Positions 23,922-37,600 of a stretch of 64,000 bases of DNA are shown here, piece after piece. A program made the position numbers and the translations under genes. The stretch spans positions 9,571,832 to 9,635,831 of the forward strand of contig OZ316897.1 of assembly GCA_973895155.1 (NCBI GenBank). Direction: 5' to 3'. The notes beneath the pieces were generated by a model. That model saw only the letters and a program-made list of their open reading frames with translations, did not search any database and had not been told where the DNA came from. Source of the DNA: Marsupella aquatica (taxonomy: Eukaryota; Plantae; Marchantiophyta). How positions within the stretch are numbered: the stretch's first letter is position 1; the number at the start of each line of letters is the position of its first letter.

Positions 23922-26900
23922 ATGAAGGGTGGGCGCGATGGAGTTCAAGATGTCTTTAAAGAAGCGATTGCCAAGCCTGTTCCTACGGCAGAAATAGCGC
24001 TGTGGTCAATGCAAGAAGCAATGCGGCCTCAGGTGACTTTTTTGTTGGAGTTCTTTTGTCGGAGAATCCTGAATCCTGAATACTTTATACAGTCTCTTAA
24101 AATCCTTTTTGCAAGATGTTAAAAGGTGAGATGCAGTTCTGAACTAATTGACTGATAATGGCATCTACTTGGTGGAAGAAGGAATTGGCATATTTACCAA
24201 GTAACAAGATTATTTGACCTATATTCAAAGAAGGGCACAAAGTTCTGACGCTTTCAAGTTCTTTTCTAGAATGTACGTCCAATATGCTCCTAATTACTAG
24301 AGGTCAAGTCCCCTTCTGAATTCCCAGGATATGAAGTTCGGAAAGTTTTAAGCATGGGAACGTTTTAAATTCACCATGTTACTTTGCGTTGGTTTTGCAG
24401 AAGCAAAATGTTTTAATCCAGGATGAGAATCAGGTATTCGAGAACGGTCTACGCACATTGCTCGAGGAGCTGGTGGTAAGTTCTACAGACAAAGAAATAG
24501 TTTTTCTCTTGATCTTACTGAGAAGAAAAGAAACTGATTTTCACTTTCTGCGTCATTTTGCAATAGTAGTGCTCGATTCGTGCCTCGCACGCTGAGGGAC
24601 ATTAGAGTGCTCGGTTAGGACGAAACCCTAGTAGAGGTTCTCGAAACTTGTCACCCTAACAAGCATGCAGAAGTAACATCTTCGGATGAATCTCATAGAC
24701 TTGTTCAACAGATCTCTCAGTTGTAGAAATACATACCTTTGTATGTGAAATAACATATGCAGGACATTTACATACAACTCTCATGATTTCTGTGCTATGT
24801 CTTTAATGTTTCAGGTGCAAGCAGTGAATGAATCAGTACCTGTAATGCATCTCGGAAGGCTATCTGGAGGACAAGATGATGGACGTGGTCTCGTCATGCG
24901 GCTCCTTGGTCAGCATGACTGTTCCCACGATATGGCGTTTTTGATCTTATTTCCCAACTGTTGTACAAGGAAGAGATTTTGGGACGATACTGCGCTTTGG
25001 CCTGAAGGAGGACTCTGTTAGCTACCCGAGGGAGCTATGCTCGGGCTTCCACTACACGATATGCCTGGTCCAGCTACTGAAGTACCGTGAAAACGTTTGC
25101 ACAGATATTGTGCTCTATCTCTGTGAGCGAGGACATGTAGAAGGTGGAATGGTTTTCCAACTACTGGAAGACCTAACTGAGGTTTCGACTATCAAAGACT
25201 GCAAGGAAGTGTTTGGCTACATCGAAGGCAAGCAAGAGACTCTTGGCAAGGTAGACACCCTTGAACGAGTTCTGTGAAGATCATTGCTCACTAGTAGAAA
25301 AGCCTCAAAGCCAAGATATGTTAATTGGGAGGAAATTCGTTTTAAGCTATTCTCAGTTATCGCATTATCTCATTGTTATTTAAAACTTGATTGCAATGTG
25401 TTCGACTCAACAATAGTAACACAGAATGTTTGTGCTTGGGGGTATAAGTTTGTTGATGACTTGAGCCTGCTTTTCTTCGCATATGATTTCCATAGCAGTT
25501 TGCATCAAGTTTTTGGTTTCCCATCAAATTGCATTGATCCGATACCATCTTATTTATTTTGCAGCCTGAGCTTTTCGGGCGTGGCAAGCTGGTGATGCTA
25601 AGAACATGTAATCAGCTCTTGAGGCGTCTTTCTAAGGTGTGCTTCTTGTGTGGATTGCTTATTTCATTGTCAATTGACTAGATGGCTTGGTTTTGTTCAC
25701 AATCAGATGTGGCTTGCGAAAATTAAGGTAAGACGCATGAACGCTAAGTTGTGTTTTGAGGATGGTTTGTGACTAATCATCTTTGCACTGCTTGAATTGT
25801 GGGTACCCCAATGTTTCTAGGCCAATGATGTGGTGTTCTGCGGTCGCATTCTCATGTTCCTTGCACATTTCTTCCCACTATCAGAGCGTTCTGGTAAGTC
25901 GCTTGGTATCTGACATACACAATTTCCATCCCTGGCTAAAAGTGTTTTAAGATCGTGCGAATGTACCTGTATCCAGATTGCGCAGTAATCCCTTTAGGTT
26001 CTAAATGTTTCAAGTATCTTACACCTGCCGATGGCAACCCTTGATTCAGCTGTCAACATCAAGGGTATTTTCAACACATCCAATGAGACAAAGTACGACA
26101 AGGATCCCCCTGGCGATGACGGTAAGAGGTTACAACATTTTATGGACCTTGTTCCACATGCTGTCAAAAATCGTTCGTGAGATTGTCAATTTTGCTCACG
26201 TGGAAAAGTTCTTGGTGGATACCCAATTTTCTGTGTGCCAGATTGCACGAGGGAAAGAAGCCTGTTCTGAGAAAACTTGTGCATATTGTCGGTTTACAGT
26301 GGTCATGCGAAACAGAAGAAAGCTGTTATTGTATTGAGTCCAGAACATCTAGGATTTTTACCTTCCTTAAAAGTGTTTCTTTAAAGTTGAGACTTATCTA
26401 GCAATAATTTATCCTGATGGGGTTTTAACAACGTTTGGCCTCCTTTGAACCTGCTTGGTGACGAATGGTTATACCAATAGCTTTTGCGTTTCATCTGATG
26501 TTCTCGTGGCATGTCTTTGCCCGTCCTTAAAAAGCAGGTTTGTCGATTGATTTTACTTTCTACAAGACGTTTTGGAGTCTGCAGGTATTTGTTGTGCAAA
26601 CTTGTCCAAGACACTGAATGACTTCCTTGATGTCCACAGGAACGTTCCAACTGTAGTGTTCAGCTCCTTTGAATCTGTATTTTCGCTCTTGAGCTAGCAA
26701 GATCTCAAGGAGCTGTAGTGCGTATTGGGTTGCTTCACATGGTATTCTGATTCGTCGATATATTCTTCTGCATTAAAGTAGGCCCTGACTGTAATAAGAA
26801 TTCTGGTTGGACAGGAGCACTTCTGCAATCCAGCGTATCTCGTTCAATTTCCTGCAAGATGGCAAGCGTTTTCAGCAAGTCTCGCGGTAACTCCTTGGCA

Positions 26901-29774
26901 CAGCAGACCAAAAATTACAATGTGCAGGAATTTCTCAATCTACCTCCAATAATGTATTTCCGATGTTTCGTTTTAAACGAGGTTTGAATCTTTGCTCTGC
27001 TTCGTTGCAGACAGTACTGCAGACCTTTGAAGCACAGCCTCTGGGTGACGATGATGAGAGCTCAAGCCAGCTAGATGAAGGAGATGACGCGACATTTAAC
27101 ATTAAATACCTCACGAGTAGCAACCTTTTGAGTTTAGAGGTGAGGAAGTTTGAAAAATTGTTTCATTTCAGTAGGATCGCGTTGTTCAAACCAAAAACTA
27201 AAGCTGTCTCCTTAAGCGCTAAGAGGAACATAAGAAACCTGCTGTAACTTTTAATGTAAGGCTTCTTCATGCCAGAGGATGCTCTATCTTGCAAGAATCA
27301 ACAGATGCGATTAATATGATGTATTTACCTACCATTGGCACGTGCAGCTCAAAGACCCGGGATTTCGGCGTCATGTCCTTGTTCAATGCCTCATCGTATT
27401 TGACTATCTAAAGGTTTTACCTACCTACCTACTTTGTTCTGTTTTTGAGAGTTGTTTTTCCATTCCTTATGTGCTTAGTAGGATTTATCACAGTATGGGT
27501 TCCATCATGAGCTATTTGTTTTTGCTAGACCGATTTGGAAGGCTACTCACTCACCCCTTATTTCATATCCAGACACCAGGGAAGACAGAGAAGGAGGGTC
27601 CAAGGGAAAACTTGGTGAGTAAACATTCTATAAGCAATACTACAGAAAGTTCAATTCATCAAGGGAGATATTCTCCAGTTTTGGGAGCACTGTTCTTACG
27701 AGTTGTTTTCTGTTACATCCTAGCGAGAAGAAGTCAAGACCCACGAGGAGCACGTGAAGAGGTTGCTAGAAATCACACCACCAAAGGGGAAAGAGTTTCT
27801 TGCGAGTATCGAGCACATTCTCGAGAGAGAGCGAAACTGGGTTCGTATCTGGGTCATTGTACAGCGTCCAACTAGGTGTCCACGGGCTCAACAAGTCATT
27901 AGAATTTAATCCCTCATCTCTCGTTTTATTTTCCCCCGGCAGACGATAAACACTGGGCATTCACACAGAAGGACCATGTGATATTAATCAATACATGAGG
28001 TTAGGAACAACGTTGATACCCTTGATGAATCCGTCAGTTGAATTGTTGTTCTTGATATTTTGCGTTTTTGAGATTCAGGTCTGGTGGAAACGGGATGGGT
28101 GCCAAGCTTTTGAAAGGGTTGTCCATGAGCGCAAGGTCTCCCAAGAGGGCATCAAAAAGAGGTGTTTAGAAATGGATTTCTCCTTTCATATTATAGATAA
28201 TTGAATAAGTTGGGGTCTTTCTTAAAATTTGATGATTCAAAAATTCTGAGAAGTTTATAGTCTATACCTCAAATACGGTTTATGGGGTCTTCAAGGGCAT
28301 TAATTTTCGATGTGGATGTTCTGATAAACAACAGGCCACGATATAGACTAGGCAACAAGGAGTTGTCACAACTATGGAAATGGGCGGAGCAGAATCCTGT
28401 ATGTTTTTCCTTCTCTAGGGTTGCCGAGAATTTTTCTCCCTTCTGCTTTCTGTTGCTTCCACATGGCTTCAGAAATGGTATTTCGTCCTTGTCAATTAAC
28501 TAGCAAAGTATTCTCATGGATTTGCTCTACAATGAATGCTCTCTTTAAGTATATTAGCAATTCATGGTCAATAATGTGCTCTTATGGACTAAGAGGTCCA
28601 GTGCGGCTTGAGGGGTTCATTTACGCAGTGTTTTTATCTGCTGAGCTCACACCAAGATTCAAATTGCTCCACAGAATGCGCTCACAGATGTACAAAGGTT
28701 AAAGGTGCCATCTGTCGCAGATTATTGGAAACCTCTGGCTGAAGATGTAAGTGTGAGATGTTTTGATTTTACTGCATGAAATGAATGGGAAAAGCTTCAA
28801 GTGGCTAGGCACTTCTGATTTCGGCCTCCTCTTAGGCAATCTAACGCTGCGTAGAATTATTGTTGATTCTTTCTGATTATGAGTTCTCGTTGCAGATGGA
28901 CCCGGCTGCAGGGATTGAACCTGAATATAGCCACAAAAGGAATCGGGTACTTAACATGATCGTTTCTGCAAGCTGTACATCTAGCACGATCTCAAACATT
29001 GAGTTGTTGGGTGGGGGGGGGGGTGGGGGGGGGGGCGGCGGGGGGCACATATTACTTTTTTGTTCTAATGAGATGTATAGCGTTCAAAAACAAAACACTC
29101 TAGGGCTTGTTTAATGGACTAATCTGATGTCATCAATTTGAAGGTGTATTGCTGGAAAGGTTTAAGATTTGCGGCGAAACAAGATCTTGAAGGATTTTCC
29201 CGGGTAATGACAGCTAGCGGTTATCCCTATTCACTAAATTATGAAATTGTTTTTCACAGGTTTCGTCCACTAAGATTAAAGTAGATGTTGGGCTGGATGA
29301 GATTTCGTGAGAGGAAAGACAATTTTAAGCCTTTCGTAAAGAGTCTTGTTCTCGAAGTCACCGGGAAAAACTGCTTCAACGCTGACAGGCATAGTGTACT
29401 TATGCAGGTTACAGAACTAGGGATTGAAGGTGCTGTTCCACCAGAGATGCTGCCTGCGGAAGTGAGATCAAAGCTACATGGCAAGAGCTTGGAAAGATCA
29501 AAGCAGAAGGGAGCAAAGAAAGATCTGGAGGGAGTTGTATCTATTGTTCAAGCTGATGATACTCAGGTAAGGTCAAGTAATTTGCCACACTATCCAAAGA
29601 ATAGCTTGACTGTAAAGAGTATCTCTCTGTAATCTCAGTGATGTTCTCGTTCTGAAATAGGAATTTTCCATTTTTCTCTCCGGTTGCTTGCAGACAAATG
29701 GCAGCATCGCAGCTGTTGATATGGCTCCGTTCCTGGAGGATACTCAACCGATGGTCACAGATTCTGCACCTTAA
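23922..29774 (+). CDS. THO1: THO complex subunit 1 (HPR1)
   Basis: Twenty exons: 23922-24032, 24401-24475, 24815-24908, 25105-25250, 25565-25636, 25821-25893, 26050-26121, 26538-26584, 26815-26886, 27011-27139, 27348-27413, 27573-27614, 27724-27840, 28079-28161, 28335-28398, 28675-28746, 28896-28946, 29144-29203, 29408-29566, 29694-29774. Motifs: [72 protein letters not shown]. The start codon is less certain. Confidence 0.95.
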
Positions 29775-32484
29775 AATGATTCGAGGACGGAAATTGTGTT
29801 GAGGGTGGATTCGTGAAAGGTGAAGTCACGCACGGGAAATGGAACCTGTAAGAAAATGAACCGACAAGAGGCCAATTTATGATTTGACATGCGCTAAGTT
29901 GAAGATCGTCAGAGTGAAGCCAACTTTCCCAGATAGAAGCATACGTCAATTACAAAATTGAATCGCAGGAAGAATTAGATTGTTTTACAGTGGCTTCAAA
30001 ACGGTCGGACGGAAATCTGAACGCAGGATCTACACTAAACATTTGAACGACCTTCACCTGGAAGAGTGGTGGAAAGTTGTTACTATTTTTGTTTACCGAA
30101 GTGCACTGGTCCTATCAAATTTGTTCCTGCTTCTTTCGTTTCACGTTGGTGTTGATGACTTTGATGTCATATCGTATGTCTGCCTAAGGTGCAATGGTTG
30201 TGCTTGTGGACAGTGACAGCTCAAGTGCCTGGATAGTCTGGATCCTACTTGACTCTGGAAGTTGTATGTAACTTCAATGGAATCTTAGGTGGCATATGGA
30301 ATCGGGAACGTGACAACCACAAAATTGTGGGAAAGTGGACTACACCCAAGGAAGCCGGAACAAATCTGGTCTCGAGTCGGCATGTGTTGGATGAGATAAT
30401 GCTCCTAAAACAAAGCGCTGGACATCGTCTGCAGAGACAACCTGTTCTAGCAGACCTTTGTCAAAGGGGTCCTAGATTTAGTCTCTTAGTTTTTGACAAT
30501 CGATTAATGTACGTGGACAATTTGTTTAACGGTCACCCTTCAGATGTACCTCCCCCTTCTCCGATTCCAGTATTCCACTGAAGGGGCTATCGTACTTCCA
30601 TTGTGGTTAATGAAAGTCGTTTAACTATTAGCAAATAGTTGTTACCTTTTGGATCCGGTTGGGGTGGGGACCAAAGTCCAATGATCTGGTGTAAGGCTTG
30701 GATCTGCTTGTGATGAATTAGTATAATGAGTTTCTCTCATGTGGTGATCTTATGCTATCTCCATAGGCGTCACATAATTCTCATAGGCCTGTTGCATTAT
30801 TCTCATCCGTTTCTGCACCCTAGAACAACTCCTTTTAACCTGGAGTAAGTGAAAGATACACCCTTTTTAAAAATAAAAAGCTGAAAATTGACTTCCTTCA
30901 ATGCTTCTAACTCTTGCATGTAGCATTTCACGAATTTTTTCCACATTTGAAATCCATGCTCGTTCTGAGGGAGCGGTGTTTTGAGGCTAGCTCAAGGTCA
31001 TGATCAAGTCACAATCACCAGCAGAATTTTAACCCAACTACTGTAGGTTATTAAAATTGAACTTCTGTTCCTAAATCATCCACGTGTTTGACTTTTAAAC
31101 TGTGATTCACCTCCTAGAACTTGTTTAGAGGCTGTTGGGTCCTGGGTGAATTGTTCAGCTCTAATTTCACTCAAAGCCCTCAACCAAGTCTCCTCTTTAG
31201 CCTGTTTCAACAGTTCAGGCTCAGGGGCACTGAAGAACGCACACTGTACAGATAAGTGTGACTCACAAATTTGAGAGCATAAAGTTTTGGGCTACCTTCA
31301 CGAATTAGTTTTACCTACACTAATTCTGTTATAATGCTGCATTGTGTGATAACACTAAATCCTTGCAGATGAATTAGTGTTACTTTGTAGTCAAATCATC
31401 TCCGGATCACATTTACCAAATAAGTGTTACTAACACTATTTTTTTAGTAAAACAAGTTGTTGCATTAACACTAAACAGGGTGAATAGTGTACGTCTTGGA
31501 ATATACTAACTTGAATGAAATTTCTCAGCCTAGCTTCATTTTTATTGGCAGTGGTTTAGGGTGGTAGTGTTTAAGGGGATCCACCTATCAAAAATTTGTT
31601 TTAGAAGTCATAAATTCAAAAGTGGCATTCATAATATTCTTATGGTTGCGTATCTCCCTAAGGCCTTATCTATCCTTGGGTATGTCCGTGCAAGGGAGCA
31701 ACTTGTGAGAATTATAAAATTCCCTCAAGTTTGCCTAATTTAAAAAATACACATGATTCTGCCATTGTTCCTTCAGCCACTCATGAGAAATGCCTTTGAG
31801 AGGAAGAAAAGGAGTTGCAACAAAACTGCACCAACCAGATTTCTGGGTAGAGAGCTTTGTGTTAGAAAATCAATTAAACTTTCTAAAATTCAATGAAAAG
31901 TCTCTTGTTATTAATTTCAAACTTATAAGTGTTTGTGTAATTTTGGCAGCTTCTAGGGGGTATTTTTCTCCTTCATAAAATGCACTGGAAGCCCACAAAA
32001 TCACCCTGAAAAATAATGACCCTGCTCTCTTACATTCTTCACGAACCAAAGATATATAAATCACATTGCCAAATAATAAAAAGCTTCAAACATGGCTACA
32101 AGATCACAAAGGCAGGAGACTCAATAAAATGGAGAAGCCCCCCGGAAGACCAAAAAGCCAACAAGTCTGAGAGCCCAGACAAAGGCCGAAAGGAACTAAA
32201 GAAGTATTGAACACTGAACTGAAAAGGTTTGTAAAACTCAAAGCATAAGAGAGCCACTACAAGGACTTTACCTAGACGCCCAAATACAATGAAGCCACAA
32301 CAAGATTGATATATAGTAGAGGCCATCAACTTTGGGCAAGTCCATGCAAATGTTGCACAGTGATAGAACAAGAAGTGGAGTACATAAGAAGAATTTTCGT
32401 GAAATTTTTTTATTCGTTTAAAAATAGCTGGAAATAAAATATTTTAGCATAATCAATTTAGTAAAGCGCAATTGAAAGCTAAGA

Positions 32485-33105
32485 AAAGGGCCCACAGTTT
32501 TAGAGTGAAGCCTCTAGACAGTCAAGGCCAAGATAAGGGCCTATAATCTTAGAAAGAAGCCCATTGAAAACTATGACAAGGGCCTACTATCTTAGAGTGA
32601 AGCCAATCAAAACTAGGGTGAGGATCTCAAGCCTACTGTGAAGTCCCTGGACCATTGAAAGCTACAATAAGGGCCTACAATATTAGAGTGAACTCAATCA
32701 AAAACTAGTATAAGGGCCTACGGACTAGAGTGAACTCGCTAGACCATTGAAAGCTATGATATGGGCCTTAGCTTAGAGTGAATCCACTTGAAAACTGGGA
32801 TGAGGGTCGGCAGTCCAATTGAACTATTGAAGCCTCTAGACCACTTAAAGCTACAATAAAAGCCTACAATCTTCAAGTGTCTGATCAAAAACTAGAATAA
32901 GTGCCTACGATCTAGAGTGAAGTCTCTAGACCATCCAAAGCTCTGACAAGGGCCTACGATCTTGGAATGAAGTGTCTAGACCATAATAAAGCTACCATGT
33001 GGGCCTACTATCTTAGAGTGAAGCCAACAGAAAACTAGGACAAGGGCCTACTGTGTAAAGTGAGACTAGAATAAGGGCCTAGGGTATAGAGTGAAGTATC
33101 TAGAG
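32485..33105. repeat. Tandem array of about 14 units (40-56 bp) with alternating subtypes
   Basis: Core aagggcctac(a/g/t)atcttagagtgaa followed by either ctagacca..aaagcta or caa..aaaactag. Confidence 0.85.
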
Positions 33106-33254
33106 AGTGACTATGGGCAAAGCTAAGGTTGGGGATGGGACTGGAAATAGGCAGGATCACACTCACCATCTGTTTAAGCATTGAGGCTACCATCTTCCCC
33201 CAAACATGGCGTTGTATTCAGGGCTGTCTATTTTAATAATGTGCCTTGGTCATT

Positions 33255-34035
33255 GCATTCAAGTTTTGATTATCTATTTTCATTTTTTGTACTTGCATGG
33301 TGTTGTGTTAAAAAAATGGGCAATGTGTTCAAAAATTGAATTGCGTGTTCAAATATTGACATAGTCTTCAAGTTTTGACCATCTGTTTTCATTTTTTGAA
33401 CTTGCATGGTGTTGTGTTAAAAAATGGGTATTGTGCTAAAAAGTTGACTTATGTACTCAAATATTGACATTGTCATATGATTCATGAATTTTGTACCATT
33501 TGTGTTCAATTTAAAATAGTTTAGAGTCAAACCTTGAACACAGCATGCAACTTTGAACACAATGCCCAGGAGTTGTGTTGGTGTTCAAATGATGAATTTT
33601 GTACCTTTGTGCTCAATTTAAAATAGTTTAGAGTCAAAACGTGAGGCTTGTCAAACTGCAAGTGGACCATTTGCTTTTCAGCAAAAAAAACAACAAACAA
33701 ACTAAAACTTGAGGCATTGTGTCGGTCAAATGATGAATTTTGTACCTTTAGTGCTCAATTTTAAATTGTTTAGAGTCAAAATTTGAACACAAAACTCTAA
33801 CACAGCATACAACTTACAACTTGAACATAATGCCCGGGCATTGTGTTCGAGTTCAAATGTATATTTGACAAGGAACCCAAAAAATCCCATTTTCAGACAC
33901 AAGGCCATGATGCTATGTTGGGGAGGACACTAGTATTGTTGTTGAATTGTGTATCCAATTTTCTGGAGGTCCACAGGGACACCATGTTGTTGAACTGTGT
34001 GTCCAATTTTTTGGAGGTTCACAAGGACACCAAAA
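33255..34035. repeat. Cluster of AT-rich local duplications (about 110 bp x2, about 50 bp x3, 48 bp x2)
   Basis: ttcaagttttga..ttgcatggtgttgtgttaaaaaatggg at 33258 and 33368; atgaattttgtacc..gtttagagtcaaa at 33484, 33592 and 33732; tgttgttgaa.tgtgt.tccaatttt.tggaggt.caca at about 33937 and 33985. Confidence 0.8.
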
Positions 34036-34209
34036 TATATTGTCACTGGGCACTATTCAAATATATTGTCACTATGATAATCTCTCGACAAGAAGTCATT
34101 TCAGACGATGAACCAAACCAAATCACATCACCACAGCGAAGTCAAAACTAAACTGAGCAGATCAGAGATTGCCGTAGAGATTTCTTGGGCCATCATTCTT
34201 CTCTTTGCT

Positions 34210-34690
34210 CCTCTCCCTTCATCGTATCCTCCCTACTTGATAATCTCGCCGAGAACCCAGGAATCGGTTCAATCTCCCGAAATGGTGATCCTGATGAGCT
34301 GCATGATTTATTGGTAAATCGTTCTTTTCTCTCCCTTCATCAATTCCTCCCTGCTTGATAATTTCACCGAAAACCCAGGAATCGGTTCAATCTCCCGAAA
34401 TGGTGATCCTGAGGAGCTGCATGATTCATTGGAAAATAGTTCTTTTCTCTCCCTTCATCAATTCCTCCTACTTGATAATCTCACCGAGAACCCAGGAATC
34501 GGTTCAACCTCCCGAAATGGTGATCCTGATCACCTGATGAGCTGCATGATTGGAAAATAGTTCTTTTCTCTCCCTTCATCGATTCCTCCCTACTCGAATC
34601 ATCTCATGAAAAACCCCAAGAACCAGAACAACATCCCGAGCTGATGACCCTGATGAGCTGCATGATAGTGAAATAGCTCTGCTGTTCATC
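34210..34690. repeat. About 118-bp tandem repeat, 3 full copies and 1 degenerate copy
   Basis: tctcccttcatc...cttgataat...acccaggaatcggttcaa.ctcccgaaatggtgatcctga..agctgcatgat at about 34213, 34331, 34447 and 34568. Confidence 0.9.
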
Positions 34691-37600
34691 CACCCCGTCC
34701 TTTCCAGTTTCCAAAGATTGATTGATTTGATGGATTGCGTGATTGAGTGGTGGTCAACACATCGTGTCGAGCTTAACAACACGTAACTGGAAAGAGCTTT
34801 AAGAGCTTCTTTCTACATGATCAATGCTTGAAAAGGAAACCAAAAGTTTCCAAAGGCGTCGAATGTGGCATCACAATTGCCATCTCCATCATCGACAGCA
34901 TAGAAAAGCAACCGAGGAAGCAAGATAGCACTGTATGAATGCCCCAGAACGGAGGAGTAAAGCTCTACTGTGGTTCAGAAGTAGAGAGAAGAGGATCTCT
35001 CGGCACATTGTTACAAAACGCTACTACTTTATTTCAGTTGCTGTGCTGTGCTGAAGCTCATGGCAACAATGACAACGGCTGCTTGGGTAGCTCGGCTCGA
35101 TGCAAACTCTGGCTCCGTCGACTTCGGCACGAGATTGGATCGGAACGAACCGGCTTCGCTCCCAGAGGAGCCGTGGCGTGGTTGAGGGAGCAGCTTGCTT
35201 GCTGTTGTGAGTAGCGCGTAAGTAGACGGCACACTATAATCACGGCCAACCCCACAAGCTCTCGATCCGACCTCGAGACGCATCCCAATGCCGGCGATTG
35301 CCAAGGATATGGGTTACGAAGACAGCGTGGGGAAAGGAGGCACGGAAAGGAAACGAAAGGAAGGGGCTTGCGTGATCGTAAGTAAGTCGGTAGGACCTGA
35401 TTTACGACAGATTGAATGCCCCGTGGTCCGATCCGACCTGACCTGATCTGTCCCAAGGCAGGCAGGCCATGCGATTGCAAATTTTCCAGACGGCCTTCTT
35501 CTGATGACCCTTGTGCAAAGCCTACTTCCAACTCGACTTTCAGAGCGAGAGAGAGAATGAATGAATGAATGAATTTAATGTCCAACGGCACCGCATCTTA
35601 GCACTAGAGCCAAAGAAAGAAAATGAACACAGGCATGATTTAGAGGACCCACTCTCCACTCCGCCTGTTGGCAGAGAAAGAGGGAGAGAGAGAGAAAGGG
35701 TAGTTTCCGACTGTCCCTCATGACTCCGCCGACTTCGACCTCACGATTTAAAGCCAGATGGAATGAACAAATTTGTGAATTCAGAGCCCACGGAATTTCG
35801 ATGTGCCTCTCTGGCTTGAGGCAAATTTTTGTAAACGACGATATCGCTGATCATCCATACAGTAGTATTTTTTCGAATTTCAATCGTTGTATCCGACGAG
35901 AGACATGTGCCTCTGCGAACACAGTACAGTAGAGAGTGCGCTGATTGGGCAGAGGAAAAGGGCGAGATCATTGGAGCAAAGTGGCAGTCGAAACAACAAG
36001 TTCTCAATCGGTCCAACTCCTACAGTGCGTGGTAGACAATCACGCGTCGTCGAAGTGGAGATTCTTAGTAACAAACAAGCTCTTAGCACTGTAGTTCTCA
36101 GTTCTAAAGTAGGTCGGAGTTCCAAGATGCAAAACGGATCAAATTTCCAAGCCGAGGCCAAACCTGGGGGAGCGCCGCCTGTTGGCCCTCTGACCTCCCT
36201 TCTGTACGCGTTGAAGGACAAACGAAATCTCAGTCATGAGTGGAAATGTACAGTAGCGAGCAAGTCTTCAGAACACAACTCACACGGAACAGAGTAAAAG
36301 GTGGGCAGCTAGATCCTTCAGTCAGGCCACCAAAACAGCAGCAGCAATAGTGAAAGGTGGGGGACTGTCGACTTTGACCAATTTAGAGTTGTCGCGTTTG
36401 CGGGGAGTCAATCAATCGCCGCCTGGACTCATCAGCTACGGGGTCTTCTAAGAACAATACCTTGGTTCACTCGTTGTGCTTCATAATAATGTAGATCTCC
36501 CCTTGGCCGGTGCCGGCATTGGATGCCGTTCTGGTACCCCCATACGGTACAGACTATCGACCCCAGAAGGCAGGACTGCCTCGTTACCATCCTTAATGCC
36601 CACTAATTTAAAGTTGATGTGGTGGTGAACACGAGAGGAGCCAGGAAGCACGCAGTAACCTACCTACAGTAACATTAGATTGGCAGTGATGAATCAGAAG
36701 TTCAACCTTCTTCTTCCTATTGACTGTTTTGTATTGGGCCACACTCTAGAAGCTGTGATTCCGTTCTCCAACATGGGTAGCTGGGCTACCCCGTCCGGCA
36801 CAGAACTGCCTCGTTAAGGTCGAGAGAAGCGGGTACAGGTCCCACGAGTGAGGAGCACTGACTACAGTGCTGTACCCGTTAAGTGCCTTTTTGGGGTTGG
36901 GAGAGGAAGCAAATTAGAGAGTATCAGACCATATTGTAGAGGTTGTGATTCTCTTGGGAATCTTGAAGATTCTGTTCTGAAAGTAGTATGGGCTAAAAAC
37001 ATCAGCTTCCGGCAGAGACTGGCACTCAAAAGCATTCAGAGGTTTTTACAAGCTTGGATTGGTGTTGTCGTGGGGTTGAAGGGATATTTACTTCTACGTG
37101 CACGTTGGAGGGAAGAGCAAGGACAAATTGATGGACGCGAGATCTATCTAGCCCCAATTACGACTTGATTAAGGTTAGAACTAAATAATGCAGGGAGGGT
37201 CATTCATTCAAGCTGTGTACTGTCTGGGGTTCAGAATGTGTTTTAAATTCTTTTGCAATTGGGGACAAGTCGTTTGATGTTGAGACTGCAGGCGCCTAGG
37301 CTCAGAGTTCAGTTCGTGCAACTCGTGTGTCCCCTTGGATGGTTGACCTCTAGTACCTAGCACAAGTTCTGCTCACTGAATTTTACTCGCCATGCTAGAA
37401 TTTTCCGTGCTCGTCAGCCTGCCTGAATGATGAAGGATACATGCAATGAGAACGGTAGGAGGTGTGAGTTGGATCAAAGTTTTCATTGGTTTGCGGTGTT
37501 TTCTTTAATCCATTCCTTAATCATGTCATGCCACGGGTTGAATTCGAATTATCTCTGTCTACTCCTCTCGGCAAGGCTTTGCTTCTTCATCCTACTTCCA

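Noticed and set aside
22787-34690. Regularly spaced repeats as CRISPR-like arrays
   Set aside because: The intervening sequences are homologous to each other rather than unique spacers, there are no cas genes, and the context is eukaryotic.
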